Below, in pieces: positions 1 through 8,596 of a DNA stretch of 41,266 nucleotides. The stretch's first letter is position 1. Each line of letters opens with the position of its first letter. The DNA is from a virus (Duplodnaviria; Heunggongvirae; Uroviricota; Caudoviricetes). Below the pieces are notes generated by a model. The model saw only the letters and a program-made list of their open reading frames with translations. It was not told where the DNA came from and made no database searches. A program made the position numbers and the translations under genes. Where the stretch lies: the IMG/VR virus record IMGVR_UViG_2534681675_000019, one strand, 5' to 3'.

Positions 1-1257
1 GTGCTTACCGATACAAAATTAAAAAACCTCAAGCCGCAGGACAAACTGTACAAGGTCTCCGATCGTGACGGGCTGTATGTAGCTGTGCTTACGTCAGGCA
101 CGGTCTCGTTTCGCTATGACTACCGTATCAACGGTCGCCGCGAAACACTGGTAATCGGGCAGTATGGGCGTGACGGTATCAGCCTGGCAGAAGCGCGAGA
201 AGAACTGATTGCTGCAAAGAAGCTGCTTAAAGCAGGCCAGTCACCGGCTGCGGCTAAACGTGACGGTATCAAAAAGATTCGTGGTGCCGAGACGTTTACG
301 GTACATACCGACAGTTATATGAAACACGTCATCCTGGCTGACAGTACCCGCGCAATGAAGCAGGCGGTGATCGACCGTGACATACTTCCAGTTCTTGGCA
401 ACAAAATGATGACTGAAATTACCACATCGATGGTTCGTGATTTGTGTGACCGGATTGTCGAACGCGGTGGTCGGGCAACAGCAGTACAGGCAAGGGAGAT
501 CATCAGCAGCGTATACCGTCACGCCAATGACCGTGGTCATGGTTTGTTTAATCCTGCGGCTGACATTAAACCTTCGTCTATCGCCATATTTAAACCAAGA
601 GAGCGAACACTGACACCAGAAGAAATTGGCCTGTTCTTCCGCACGCTGGATGCCATTGGTGCTATGGGCACTATGAAAATGGCTTTAAAGCTGGTGCTTA
701 TCACTATGGTTCGTAAAGGCGAATTCACCAACGCAACGTGGGATGAAATAGATTTTAAAAAATGGACATGGACAATTCCTTCAGACCGCATGAAGGGAAG
801 CCGGGCGCACGTTATTTACCTGCCTAAACAGGCTCAGGATATATTGGTCGGGTTGCAGATGTGCGCTGGTGGAAGTGAATATCTGGTTCCTGGTCGTTAC
901 AATTTCCGGAAGCCATTATCTAATGCCGCGCTGAACTCTCTGATCGACAGAACGGTGAAAATAATAAATGAAGATGGTGAGCATATTCAGGGCTTCACCG
1001 TACACGATATGCGCCGTACAGCCAGTACGTTGTTGCATGAGGCTGGTTATCCTTCAGACTGGATTGAAAAGGCTCTGGCACATGAGCAGAAAGGTGTGCG
1101 CGCCGTATATAACAAAGCGGAATACGCCAGACAGCGCGCCTACATGTTGCAGCAGTGGGCCGATATGATTGATTCCTGGATTAACGGGGAGCATACGGAT
1201 CTGATTCCGTTCTCCCCGTCGAAGTTTGAGAGGTGGATGGAAGACAGTAATAAATAA
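1..1257 (+). CDS. Tyrosine integrase, P4-type
   Basis: 418-aa ORF starting with GTG at nt 1, so the N-terminus may be clipped by the window edge. N-terminal LTDTKLKNLKP...YKVSDRDGLY block typical of P4-like integrases; C-terminal HDMRRT...LAH...Y catalytic region. Confidence 0.85.
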   Translation: MLTDTKLKNLKPQDKLYKVSDRDGLYVAVLTSGTVSFRYDYRINGRRETLVIGQYGRDGISLAEAREELIAAKKLLKAGQSPAAAKRDGIKKIRGAETFTVHTDSYMKHVILADSTRAMKQAVIDRDILPVLGNKMMTEITTSMVRDLCDRIVERGGRATAVQAREIISSVYRHANDRGHGLFNPAADIKPSSIAIFKPRERTLTPEEIGLFFRTLDAIGAMGTMKMALKLVLITMVRKGEFTNATWDEIDFKKWTWTIPSDRMKGSRAHVIYLPKQAQDILVGLQMCAGGSEYLVPGRYNFRKPLSNAALNSLIDRTVKIINEDGEHIQGFTVHDMRRTASTLLHEAGYPSDWIEKALAHEQKGVRAVYNKAEYARQRAYMLQQWADMIDSWINGEHTDLIPFSPSKFERWMEDSNK

Positions 1258-1259
1258 TT

Positions 1260-1919
1260 CTATCCTTCCTGGACTTTGGTAAGCGTCAGATTTCCGCAGA
1301 ACACTGCGCCGGTGTCGATGTACATTTGGTTTGCATACACCAGTGGGTGATGTGCTGGCGTATGACCGAAGATGAACAAATCGGCACCGGTTATCTCCGA
1401 GACAATACCGTCCTGCGCGTCGCTAACCCGCTCACGATTCCATATCACCATTTCTTCCGGTACTGGCTTATCGAATGCGTATTCGTTGTGCGGGTAGTCT
1501 GCGTGGCAGATGACGACCTTCTTATTGCCGGTAACCAGTTCGATAATCATCGGGAGGTTGGTAACCTTTGGCAGAAGGTATTTGAGTTGCACATCCTGCT
1601 CAGAATCAAGTTGGTGCCACCATCCACCGCCGTTTGACATCCAATGTCCGAAACTTCCGCCGTTGACCAGTGCATCCAGCATCATCTGCTCATGGTTGCC
1701 ACGAACAGCTCGGAACCACGGCATAGTAATCAAATCCAGGCATTCGACGTTTTCAGCGCCGCGGTCAACAAGGTCACCAACGGAAATAAGCAAATCGCGC
1801 GCCGGGTCGAATGAAACTTTGTCGAGTTCGTTCATCAGCAGCGTGTAGCACCCATGCAGATCTCCGACGACGAAGATATTGCACCAGTCAGCGCCATTGA
1901 TGCGTTGATATAGGTTCAT
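1260..1919 (-). CDS. Ser/Thr protein phosphatase, PPP family (lambda-PPase/PrpA-like metallophosphatase)
   Basis: Motifs GDLHG, GDLVDRG and GNHE seen in the translation. Start placed at internal ATG 1919 (MNLYQRING...), which overlaps the stop of the upstream methylase; the ORF track extends to 2039. Confidence 0.8.
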   Translation of the reverse strand: MNLYQRINGADWCNIFVVGDLHGCYTLLMNELDKVSFDPARDLLISVGDLVDRGAENVECLDLITMPWFRAVRGNHEQMMLDALVNGGSFGHWMSNGGGWWHQLDSEQDVQLKYLLPKVTNLPMIIELVTGNKKVVICHADYPHNEYAFDKPVPEEMVIWNRERVSDAQDGIVSEITGADLFIFGHTPAHHPLVYANQMYIDTGAVFCGNLTLTKVQEG

Positions 1920-2566
1920 GCTGCACGCTCCCGCCCCTGGTTGTCTGTTGGTGACAGCGGAGCATTGCTGAATGCATTTGTTAATCCGCCAATATCCAAC
2001 GCGTATCCAGGATGTAGTTGCACTGCCGGGTCTTCGCACTGATTACCCCAAACATCGAAACCATGAGACGACTGGCGGGCGAACAGTTCAATGCGAGAAA
2101 CATCGCCTAACAATTGCACAAGTTTTTCACGAACGACATCTGGTTTTCTTGAATGCTCAAGCCGCGGTGCGGTAAATGACTGAACGATCCCTGCATTAAT
2201 GCGTGGAGGTAGTTTTCCCTTTACTGCAAACAGGCAATCTTCACTATTGGCGCGAGTCATGTGTCCCATACCCATAACCAGTTTATCTGGTTGTCGACTA
2301 CCACATTTTATCCACGTGAAGCCCTTCATGGTCATCAGACGGAATCCCCAGGCTTCAACAACTTTTAGTGCTTCGAGTGGTTGTGTTGGCACCCACCACA
2401 TGGCCAACAGACAGTTTTCATCGGCCAAATCCCACACAGGAAGGCGGCAAATATCCAGCACACTCATAACCGGATATTTAAAACCGGCACCGCGATTACC
2501 ATCCGCGGCTTTGTCCCGGTATACCCAGGGTGGATCTGCATAGATTAGTGTGTATTTCTTAGTCAT
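1916..2566 (-). CDS. MT-A70 family DNA N6-adenine methyltransferase (orphan phage methylase)
   Basis: DPPW motif ([10 protein letters not shown]) near the N-terminus. ATG at 2566; alternative GTG at 2578. Stop overlaps the phosphatase start. Confidence 0.8.
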   Translation of the reverse strand: MTKKYTLIYADPPWVYRDKAADGNRGAGFKYPVMSVLDICRLPVWDLADENCLLAMWWVPTQPLEALKVVEAWGFRLMTMKGFTWIKCGSRQPDKLVMGMGHMTRANSEDCLFAVKGKLPPRINAGIVQSFTAPRLEHSRKPDVVREKLVQLLGDVSRIELFARQSSHGFDVWGNQCEDPAVQLHPGYALDIGGLTNAFSNAPLSPTDNQGRERAA

Positions 2567-2858
2567 AAACCACCCCACAACATCCTATGCCGCTATAGTC
2601 GCCACGGCGAAGGCCGTTACCTTTTGTGATACATTGGTCCCTGCGAACCGCGATCCTTGCACGCTCAACATCACCAGAAGCAACATCCATACACTGAAGC
2701 CAAAGGTGGGCGGCAATGCGGAACTGCCCTTTTTTCTCTCTTTCAATCGCGCGTTTTTCGATCTCTATCGCCGCAGGAGTAACGGCAACAACCTTTGAAT
2801 GGCTGCGCATTGAAACCTTGTTCATGTGATATTTTTCAAGTCGGCTTAACTTTCTCAC
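2559..2858 (-). CDS. Hypothetical phage protein
   Basis: 99-aa ORF with GTG start at 2858 preceded by a GAGGG Shine-Dalgarno; same strand and tight spacing with the leftward operon. No family recognised. Confidence 0.4.
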   Translation of the reverse strand: MRKLSRLEKYHMNKVSMRSHSKVVAVTPAAIEIEKRAIEREKKGQFRIAAHLWLQCMDVASGDVERARIAVRRDQCITKGNGLRRGDYSGIGCCGVVYD

Positions 2859-2967
2859 TTAATCCAACCCTCTCTGAAAATTAATGCCAGCAGATAAAGC
2901 CATGCTGAAACAGAGGCCAGGAATAAGTACCATCCTGACCATTTGCTCCAGTGCCTTAGCAGCACAC

Positions 2968-3216
2968 TCATGCCGCGTTGCTCACAGGACGATATACACG
3001 TTGCTGAACAGGAGGTTTTTTACCCTGGAACTCTGCCGGGCTTGCTGCCTGACGTTCATCAAGCCAACGCTCAACTTCATCACGGTTCCATGCGCAGCGT
3101 TTGTCAGTGATATACCAGCGTTTAGGAAATTCCCCTGCGCGCTCCATACGGTCGATAGTGCTCCATGACAGTGGCACCACCGCCAGGAGTTCCTTCTTAC
3201 CTAATGCACCTTTCAT
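2968..3216 (-). CDS. AlpA-family DNA-binding protein (excisionase/regulator candidate)
   Basis: 82 aa; LSWSTIDRMERAGEFPKRWYIT...WNRDEVERWL resembles the AlpA/Xis-type helix-turn-helix; sits in the integrase-proximal early region. Confidence 0.6.
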   Translation of the reverse strand: MKGALGKKELLAVVPLSWSTIDRMERAGEFPKRWYITDKRCAWNRDEVERWLDERQAASPAEFQGKKPPVQQRVYRPVSNAA

Positions 3217-3265
3217 AAATACCTCTCTTGGTTGCAGTGCGGCGCGCGTGGCGCCGCGGTGGTGG

Positions 3266-4147
3266 TTACATAGATGTTTCGTTTAATTCTTCCCGACGAG
3301 CGCTGTAAACGTCGGTGGCTTTTGCCAGCAGTTCGTCATCATCTGAAAGTTTTTGTGCAATGTATTTGTAAGCCTTATCCAGTTCGGAGACAGTGCTGTA
3401 ATTCATCGCTGCGCTGGTAAAGGCCATCAGCATTTCTTCTGGATCACGGCTATCCGCTTTACGCGTTTGCTCATCATGCTTTTTCGCTGGTTTAGCGTTG
3501 ATCAGACTGTTCATTCCCGCAGCAGTAGTCGTTTGTGGAGTAATGTCTCGCTCAACGCGCGGTGCCGTTTCCTGTAATTCGTCAGGGGTGTAAACACCGA
3601 GAAGCACATCAGGAGCGTGCAGGCGAGCCCATCGTTTCGTGCAAAGATAGGCAAGCTGCTGGCGCGGATCCTGTTCCCACAATGGAGAGTTACGCACTCC
3701 GGCTTGCGCCATACTGATGGTAAGCTCACGGGGTTCTGCTTCTCCTTTAAGAACTGCTGACACAGTTACCGTCAGATTCGGTGATTTATCTGTTTTGCCG
3801 TTAACATTCGACCAGTCACCGCTCCAGCGATAATTCAGGCGTGTCGCCAGCAGGCTGGAAGAGGATACGACCGCGTTTACCAACTGTGCTTCGTAGCCTA
3901 ACGTTCCGTTTACCACATGCGTTTTCTGCGCCACGGCGAAAGGGTTCATTCCCCACTGTGCCGCCTGCATGGTCACCGCCAGGCAATCGGCAGGTTTGCC
4001 TTCAAGATGTTTCGGTACAGTCGCTTTGCTTTGTGACATCAACTCCGCGAAACGCACCAGTTGATTCATGCCCTCGGGGCTGAAGATTGCCGCAGCAGTG
4101 CCTACAGTTGCGCCTGGTTGTGATGTGATTGCGATATCATTGCTCAT
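3266..4147 (-). CDS. ssDNA-annealing recombinase, Bet/RecT-like
   Basis: 293 aa; ERDITP block and overall resemblance to Bet/RecT proteins (from memory); start overlaps the stop of the upstream exonuclease (ATGA), the classic exo-annealase pairing. Confidence 0.6.
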   Translation of the reverse strand: MSNDIAITSQPGATVGTAAAIFSPEGMNQLVRFAELMSQSKATVPKHLEGKPADCLAVTMQAAQWGMNPFAVAQKTHVVNGTLGYEAQLVNAVVSSSSLLATRLNYRWSGDWSNVNGKTDKSPNLTVTVSAVLKGEAEPRELTISMAQAGVRNSPLWEQDPRQQLAYLCTKRWARLHAPDVLLGVYTPDELQETAPRVERDITPQTTTAAGMNSLINAKPAKKHDEQTRKADSRDPEEMLMAFTSAAMNYSTVSELDKAYKYIAQKLSDDDELLAKATDVYSARREELNETSM

Positions 4148-4965
4148 ACGTACATATCCTGTTTACGTGCCCAGTCAGGGCGTTTAATAATTTCCACTCC
4201 GCCCCATTCATCGTTGATGCGGCATTCGTGATAGGTATTCAGATCCCGGCGGAACAGAGCGTGCCCGGCATCGACATCCGGCGCATCCAGCTCGAACACG
4301 CGTACCGGATACCGACCACAATCAATGCTTTCGCTCACGGCAAGAAAGAAAAAACCATGCGGCTGACCAGTAACCCTCATTGCGCCTTCGCGGTACATTG
4401 CGTCCTGCACGTGGTAGCGGAATTCCTCGATGTGGCGTGCAAAACGGTCCATATCTGCAACCTTTTTCACGTCGACGATCACGTTGTGCTCGTTCAGCCA
4501 TTTGTCTGGACGAATTCGGCACAACTCACCCGTATCTTCATCGTTCCAGTACATTGATGCTTCGCAGTAACCAGGTGCTTCCAACATCCAGCGTGCCGCC
4601 GGGTGAGCCATTGCGCTATCACGCATCAGCTCCAGTTTCCGCCACTGCTCGGCATCAAGTACAGTAATCCCCATATCCGCCACATCACGAAGAAATGCAT
4701 CTTCGTCAGCTTTACCTTGTTTCGTCCGACGATCGAATTTCGGCGAAACAATGAAGCGTTTGTCGAACTCTCCAGGCTCCAGAAGCAGACAGTGCAATGC
4801 GGTTCCCATATCCAGTGCAGACTTTTTCTCTTCGTCTTCTGGTGCTGCCTGAACCCATTTAAGAAGCGCCGGATTCTTGGCAACCATGTCCAGTTGCGAC
4901 TTACTCACGCCGTCCCCGGCGTGGTAGTCTTCGTTGCTGATGTCGAAATAAATTCCCGGTTTCAT
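4144..4965 (-). CDS. Phage exonuclease, PD-(D/E)XK-type partner of the annealase
   Basis: 273 aa, translationally coupled upstream of the Bet/RecT-like gene; acidic/aromatic blocks consistent with YqaJ/RecE-like nuclease folds. Assignment is mainly by synteny. Confidence 0.5.
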   Translation of the reverse strand: MKPGIYFDISNEDYHAGDGVSKSQLDMVAKNPALLKWVQAAPEDEEKKSALDMGTALHCLLLEPGEFDKRFIVSPKFDRRTKQGKADEDAFLRDVADMGITVLDAEQWRKLELMRDSAMAHPAARWMLEAPGYCEASMYWNDEDTGELCRIRPDKWLNEHNVIVDVKKVADMDRFARHIEEFRYHVQDAMYREGAMRVTGQPHGFFFLAVSESIDCGRYPVRVFELDAPDVDAGHALFRRDLNTYHECRINDEWGGVEIIKRPDWARKQDMYV

Positions 4966-5261
4966 GCCGCTTCCCTCTGCCCATCAATCCGATCCGCCAG
5001 ATCCCAGCGGGCGATAATTGCCATTGCCTCTCGCCGGTAGGCATCCATCAGTTCTTCGAACTCAGGGCTGTCTTTAGCAGCCTCCAGTACTTCCTGGCGA
5101 ACTCCTTTGCCTGTTACAGCGTCAAAAGTTGAGGCCAGTTGATGAAGCCGGATGCTATCGATCAGTTCAACTTGTCGGTCATATAGCTGTTCTGACAGGC
5201 GGTAGTCCTTGTCGAATGCCAGCATGATTTTTTGAAGATTTTTCTGCTGATTAACGTTCAT
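4962..5261 (-). CDS. Hypothetical early protein
   Basis: Start set at ATG 5261 (MNVNQQ...), which has a GGAGGG Shine-Dalgarno 7 nt upstream; the track ORF begins 5 codons earlier at 5276. Confidence 0.45.
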   Translation of the reverse strand: MNVNQQKNLQKIMLAFDKDYRLSEQLYDRQVELIDSIRLHQLASTFDAVTGKGVRQEVLEAAKDSPEFEELMDAYRREAMAIIARWDLADRIDGQREAA

Positions 5262-5263
5262 TA

Positions 5264-5416
5264 TCAGCCCTCCCATATCTCGTTATCGTTGGCCACATCG
5301 CGAGCTTCTTTGCTGACGAAAGCCCACTTAATGCCTTCCTGTAAGGTGCGGAACTTCCAGCTCATGAATCCGCATGCAGTAACGCAGTACCAACCGTTGA
5401 TGATTTTCCACTGCAT
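5264..5416 (-). CDS. Small hypothetical protein (50 aa), first gene of the leftward operon
   Basis: ATG at 5416 with a GAGGT Shine-Dalgarno; stop TGA sits 2 nt before the next start; below the ORF-track length cutoff. Translation MQWKIINGWYCVTACGFMSWKF... Confidence 0.3.
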   Translation of the reverse strand: MQWKIINGWYCVTACGFMSWKFRTLQEGIKWAFVSKEARDVANDNEIWEG

Positions 5417-5435
5417 AACTTGTTACCTCGGCTTG

Positions 5436-5512
5436 TTACCGTTGAGGTAATAATTATGCGTATTTGGTTTGGTGTCAATAGATATGAGTTAAAAAAATTA
5501 CCCGTAAGGTAA
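5436..5512. promoter_or_regulatory. Leftward early promoter region with two TTACC-N5-GGTAA palindromic sites (OL-like)
   Basis: Sites at 5436-5450 (TTACCgttgaGGTAA) and 5498-5512 (TTACCcgtaaGGTAA), between the repressor terminator and the first leftward gene. Confidence 0.5.
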
Positions 5513-5525
5513 TTAAATAGACAAT

Positions 5526-5552
5526 AAAAAAGCCGCCAAATGGCGGCTTACT
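5526..5552 (-). terminator. Intrinsic terminator downstream of the repressor gene
   Basis: GC stem AGCCGCCA/TGGCGGCT at 5531-5548; on the minus strand it is followed by a TTTTTTATTG tract. Confidence 0.55.
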
Positions 5553-5569
5553 TACTGAAAAATATGATT

Positions 5570-6154
5570 TTATTGTTTGTTTTTTTCGTTCTGGTTGATG
5601 ACAAATTCAATGTAACTTTCGATCTTTGCTTTCTCGGTTTCAGGTAACAATGCGTAGCGCGAGCGGTCATAGTTGATAGTTGCAGGATCGTGCGGGTGAA
5701 TCAGTAGTTCATATCCGTGACGCCCGAATGCAGATGCAACATTCTCCAGGGTGGAAATGGAAACGCTGACCTCATTGTTTAACAGGCGGCTGATTGTCAC
5801 CTGGGCGACGCCGGATGCGCGGTGAAGTTTTCCCTGTGTTGAAAGGTCGCGGCTTTCGCTCATCCAGCGTTCCAGGTTGTGAGCCGCTAGCTGACCAATG
5901 TCGCTTGGGCCGACAGGCTGAAAACCTTCCTGAGAAAGCGAGCGATCGATATCAAGCCAGTTACGGGGTTTATTGGCGGCAGCTTCAATTTTTCGCGCAA
6001 CCTGGTCGCCGATAACCTTCTTGCCAAGAGCCCAGCGGTTTACCAGATTTGCCTGAGTTCCAAGTTTTTCTGCCATCCGCGTCTGAACACCATTGAATTC
6101 ACGGTCGATCAAGTCGTTGAGATTTTGCCTGCGGACGTCCTGGATACTTTTCAT
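5570..6154 (-). CDS. Prophage repressor, CI-like, tandem HTH, no peptidase S24 domain
   Basis: 194 aa; two XRE-type HTH segments (QTRMAEKLGTQANLVNRW and ASGVAQVTISRLLNNE); divergent from a Cro-like gene across an operator-rich spacer; no Ala-Gly/Ser-Lys autocleavage module visible. Confidence 0.7.
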   Translation of the reverse strand: MKSIQDVRRQNLNDLIDREFNGVQTRMAEKLGTQANLVNRWALGKKVIGDQVARKIEAAANKPRNWLDIDRSLSQEGFQPVGPSDIGQLAAHNLERWMSESRDLSTQGKLHRASGVAQVTISRLLNNEVSVSISTLENVASAFGRHGYELLIHPHDPATINYDRSRYALLPETEKAKIESYIEFVINQNEKNKQ

Positions 6155-6209
6155 TTTCTGGAAAATCGCCTCATATATGAATCAGTAGATGATTCAATTT
6201 AAAGCAATA

Positions 6210-6272
6210 TTACCCAACAGGTAAATGCACCCCATAGGTAACTATCCTTGATTTTTGTTACCTTATGGGTGA
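6210..6272. promoter_or_regulatory. Divergent immunity promoter/operator region (OR-like) with three TTACC-N5-GGTAA-type sites
   Basis: 6210-6224 TTACCcaacaGGTAA; 6227-6241 gcACCccataGGTAA (half-degenerate); 6258-6272 TTACCttatgGGTGA; between repressor start (6154) and Cro-like start (6309). Confidence 0.55.
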
Positions 6273-6308
6273 ATATTTATTATCTGAAATAAATATCAGG
6301 CAATAGCT

Positions 6309-6539
6309 ATGAGCGATAACGGACATTTCGATTTCAAAAAGCACTGGCTTGCACTTACTCCGGATGAGCGTGAAGCCTTCGCACAGGAAGCCGGAACGAC
6401 GAGTCACTATATCCAGACTCACTTAACAGGTAAGCGCAAAATGCCAGGTAAGGTATTGATGGATGGGCTTTTTAAAGCCTGTAAATCAAGACAATGGCTG
6501 CGCTCAAAAGCAGAACTGGCATACTTCTTCTACTCATGA
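6309..6539 (+). CDS. Cro-like small HTH regulator
   Basis: 76 aa; HTH-like segment FAQEAGTTSHYIQTHLTGKR; first rightward gene opposite the repressor. Confidence 0.5.
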   Translation: MSDNGHFDFKKHWLALTPDEREAFAQEAGTTSHYIQTHLTGKRKMPGKVLMDGLFKACKSRQWLRSKAELAYFFYS

Positions 6540-6560
6540 TATCCAGCCACAACCCTCTGT

Positions 6561-6586
6561 AGACCGCCATCCGGCGGTCTTTTCAT
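6561..6586 (+). terminator. Intrinsic terminator after the Cro-like gene (tR1-like position)
   Basis: Stem AGACCGCC/GGCGGTCT (6561-6580) followed by TTTTC. Confidence 0.6.
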
Positions 6587-6689
6587 ATCTATTCGTACCT
6601 CAAAGGTAATAAAAAACCAAATATGGTTGATCTTTTTTTTGTGTCAGCACAAAATAACCGTAATCCCAATACTAATAACAGGGCTTACC

Positions 6690-6890
6690 ATGGAAATCAT
6701 TACACGTATTGATGCCGCAAAGCGCGGACTTAAACGCTACTACACCGGAAAACCATGTAAGCACGGACATGACAGTGAACGCTGGGTTTACAACGGACAC
6801 TGTGTTGAGTGCACCATGGAATCAAACCGTCGCATCAGGGCAGAGATTAAGCAGATCATGATTAATTCCTCCCCACAACACTCAAGCTGA
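6690..6890 (+). CDS. Small Cys/His-rich protein (possible zinc-binding regulator, CII-like position)
   Basis: 66 aa from ATG 6690 (MEIITRIDAAKRGLKRYYTGKPCKHGH...GHCVEC); the track ORF starts 21 codons earlier in hydrophobic read-through. Confidence 0.4.
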   Translation: MEIITRIDAAKRGLKRYYTGKPCKHGHDSERWVYNGHCVECTMESNRRIRAEIKQIMINSSPQHSS

Positions 6891-6905
6891 TAGCGGAGAT
6901 TAATC

Positions 6906-7697
6906 ATGAGCAGACATGCAACAGATTGGGCCTGGGAGACAGATCCAGGTAGCTCATCATTAAAGCTCATACTGCTCTCGATGGCTGACAGAGCCGATGA
7001 ATATAACCTCTGCTACCCCAGCATAGAACGCCTCGTTAAAGACACTTGCCTGAATAAAAAAACCGTGCAGGCCGGACTTATATCGCTCATGAAAATGGGG
7101 CTTATTTCAGATACCGGAGAGAGAAAGGGAGCGACGAAAAGAGTGCGGGTTTTCTCTCTTAATATAACCAAAAACGGGAACATTAAAGGCAACCGAGAAG
7201 GGGGTAATGAACCCGAAAACGGTAATGTTACCGAAAACGGGAATATACCCAAAAACGGGATGTTGAATGATCCCAAAAACGGGATCCAGAACCAGTCATA
7301 TAACCAGTCATTTAACCAAGAGAGGGAGAGCAGGACAAAAACCGGGGATTCTGTGCCTCATGACCCCGGCGCAAACAACGCCGTGATGAATAACTTTGTT
7401 CCTCCTGGTGGGCCAGGGCAATTAGGCAAATTTGTCATGCATGAACAATGGCAGCCATCAGATGACTTTCTTCGGAAAAGCTCATTGCAGGGAATCTACC
7501 TTGACAGTCTGCCAACGGCACAGGAACTTGCAGAGTTCAGAATTTACTGGATGGCTGAGGGTAAGGCATACCATCAGGCACAGTGGGAGCAGAAGCTGGC
7601 AAGGCGGCTGCAGATTAGCAGACAGAAGCTATCAACATTACCTGATAACAACGTTCCGCACTGGAACAGCCCTGAAGCATGGGAGGATTTCTTGTGA
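6906..7697 (+). CDS. Replication initiator, lambda O-like
   Basis: 263 aa; N-terminal winged-helix-like block; iteron repeats lie inside the coding sequence and encode an NG-rich linker; immediately upstream of a P-like gene. Confidence 0.65.
   Translation: MSRHATDWAWETDPGSSSLKLILLSMADRADEYNLCYPSIERLVKDTCLNKKTVQAGLISLMKMGLISDTGERKGATKRVRVFSLNITKNGNIKGNREGGNEPENGNVTENGNIPKNGMLNDPKNGIQNQSYNQSFNQERESRTKTGDSVPHDPGANNAVMNNFVPPGGPGQLGKFVMHEQWQPSDDFLRKSSLQGIYLDSLPTAQELAEFRIYWMAEGKAYHQAQWEQKLARRLQISRQKLSTLPDNNVPHWNSPEAWEDFL
7168..7286. repeat. Origin iterons: five direct repeats CC(A/G)AAAACGG(G/T)A
   Basis: Copies begin near 7168, 7213, 7231, 7249 and 7273; three consecutive copies are 18 bp apart; followed by an ACCAGTCAT x2 repeat. 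Confidence 0.6.
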
Positions 7698-8479
7698 ACA
7701 ACGTTTTTACCGCGATACAAAACCGTGACGGAGAAGCCCTTTCTCGCATGTCAGGTTATGAGCATCAGTACACCAACAATGACAACGTGGTGAACATGTC
7801 AGCAGAGAGGCTTGTTGATGCCCTTTTCAAACAGCTGAAACAACTGTTTCCGGCGGCAGTGGTAACCAACCTGAAGAGGCCAGAGCAGGAAGTCGCTGCA
7901 AAACAGCAGTGGATTGCTGCGTTTGCTGAAAGTGGGATCCGAACCCGTGAACAGGTTTCTGCTGGTATGCGCCACGCCCGCGCCAGTGAATCTCCGTTCT
8001 GGCCGTCGCCAGGGCAATTCATCAAGTGGTGTAAAGACAGCAAGATGGTTCTTGGCGTCACCATTGACGATGTGATGGCGGAGTTTCATCGGTACAGCAA
8101 GGAAAAAAGTTTATATCCTGGTGGTCCCGAAAGATTCCCGTGGCGACATCCGGTTATGTACTGGGTCGTATGTGATACCCGCCGTGCAATGTATCAGCGC
8201 CAGCTTAGCGAGATTGAGGTTGAGAAACACGCGCGCAGGCTGCTCGATGATTGGGCGAAAAAGGTGGCTTCCGGACAGCAGATACCCGATCCGGTGATCA
8301 GCATACAGGCAAAGCCAGAGCCCATGAGTACACCTCCGGACACAGGGAGAGACGTTTACCATCCACCAGGGCGAAGTTTCGGGTGCATGCCTAACGCCGC
8401 CACCCTTGGGGGAATAACACCGGCGCAGTGGCTGATGGAGGAATACAGGCGGGGAAAGGCGGCAGGATTTATCAAGTAA
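7679..8479 (+). CDS. Replication protein, lambda P-like (helicase loader)
   Basis: Central block ...WIAAFAESGIRTREQVSAGMRHARA...PFWPSPGQFIKWCKD resembles lambda P (from memory). Likely true start is GTG 7694, after a GGAGGA Shine-Dalgarno. Confidence 0.65.
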   Translation: MGGFLVNNVFTAIQNRDGEALSRMSGYEHQYTNNDNVVNMSAERLVDALFKQLKQLFPAAVVTNLKRPEQEVAAKQQWIAAFAESGIRTREQVSAGMRHARASESPFWPSPGQFIKWCKDSKMVLGVTIDDVMAEFHRYSKEKSLYPGGPERFPWRHPVMYWVVCDTRRAMYQRQLSEIEVEKHARRLLDDWAKKVASGQQIPDPVISIQAKPEPMSTPPDTGRDVYHPPGRSFGCMPNAATLGGITPAQWLMEEYRRGKAAGFIK

Positions 8480-8516
8480 TACCAGCGCGATAGCGCATTT
8501 TTTTACGCCTATATGA

Positions 8517-8593
8517 TTACCTTGTAGGTAATAAAATGTTCTAATTACTATTGATTTCATGTCTTATGTGGTTTTTAATTACCTAAGGGGTAA
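8517..8593. promoter_or_regulatory. Two TTACC-N5-GGTAA sites upstream of the nin-like gene block
   Basis: 8517-8531 TTACCttgtaGGTAA and 8579-8593 TTACCtaaggGGTAA; the second overlaps the ribosome-binding region of the 8597 gene. Confidence 0.5.
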
Positions 8594-8596
8594 ATC

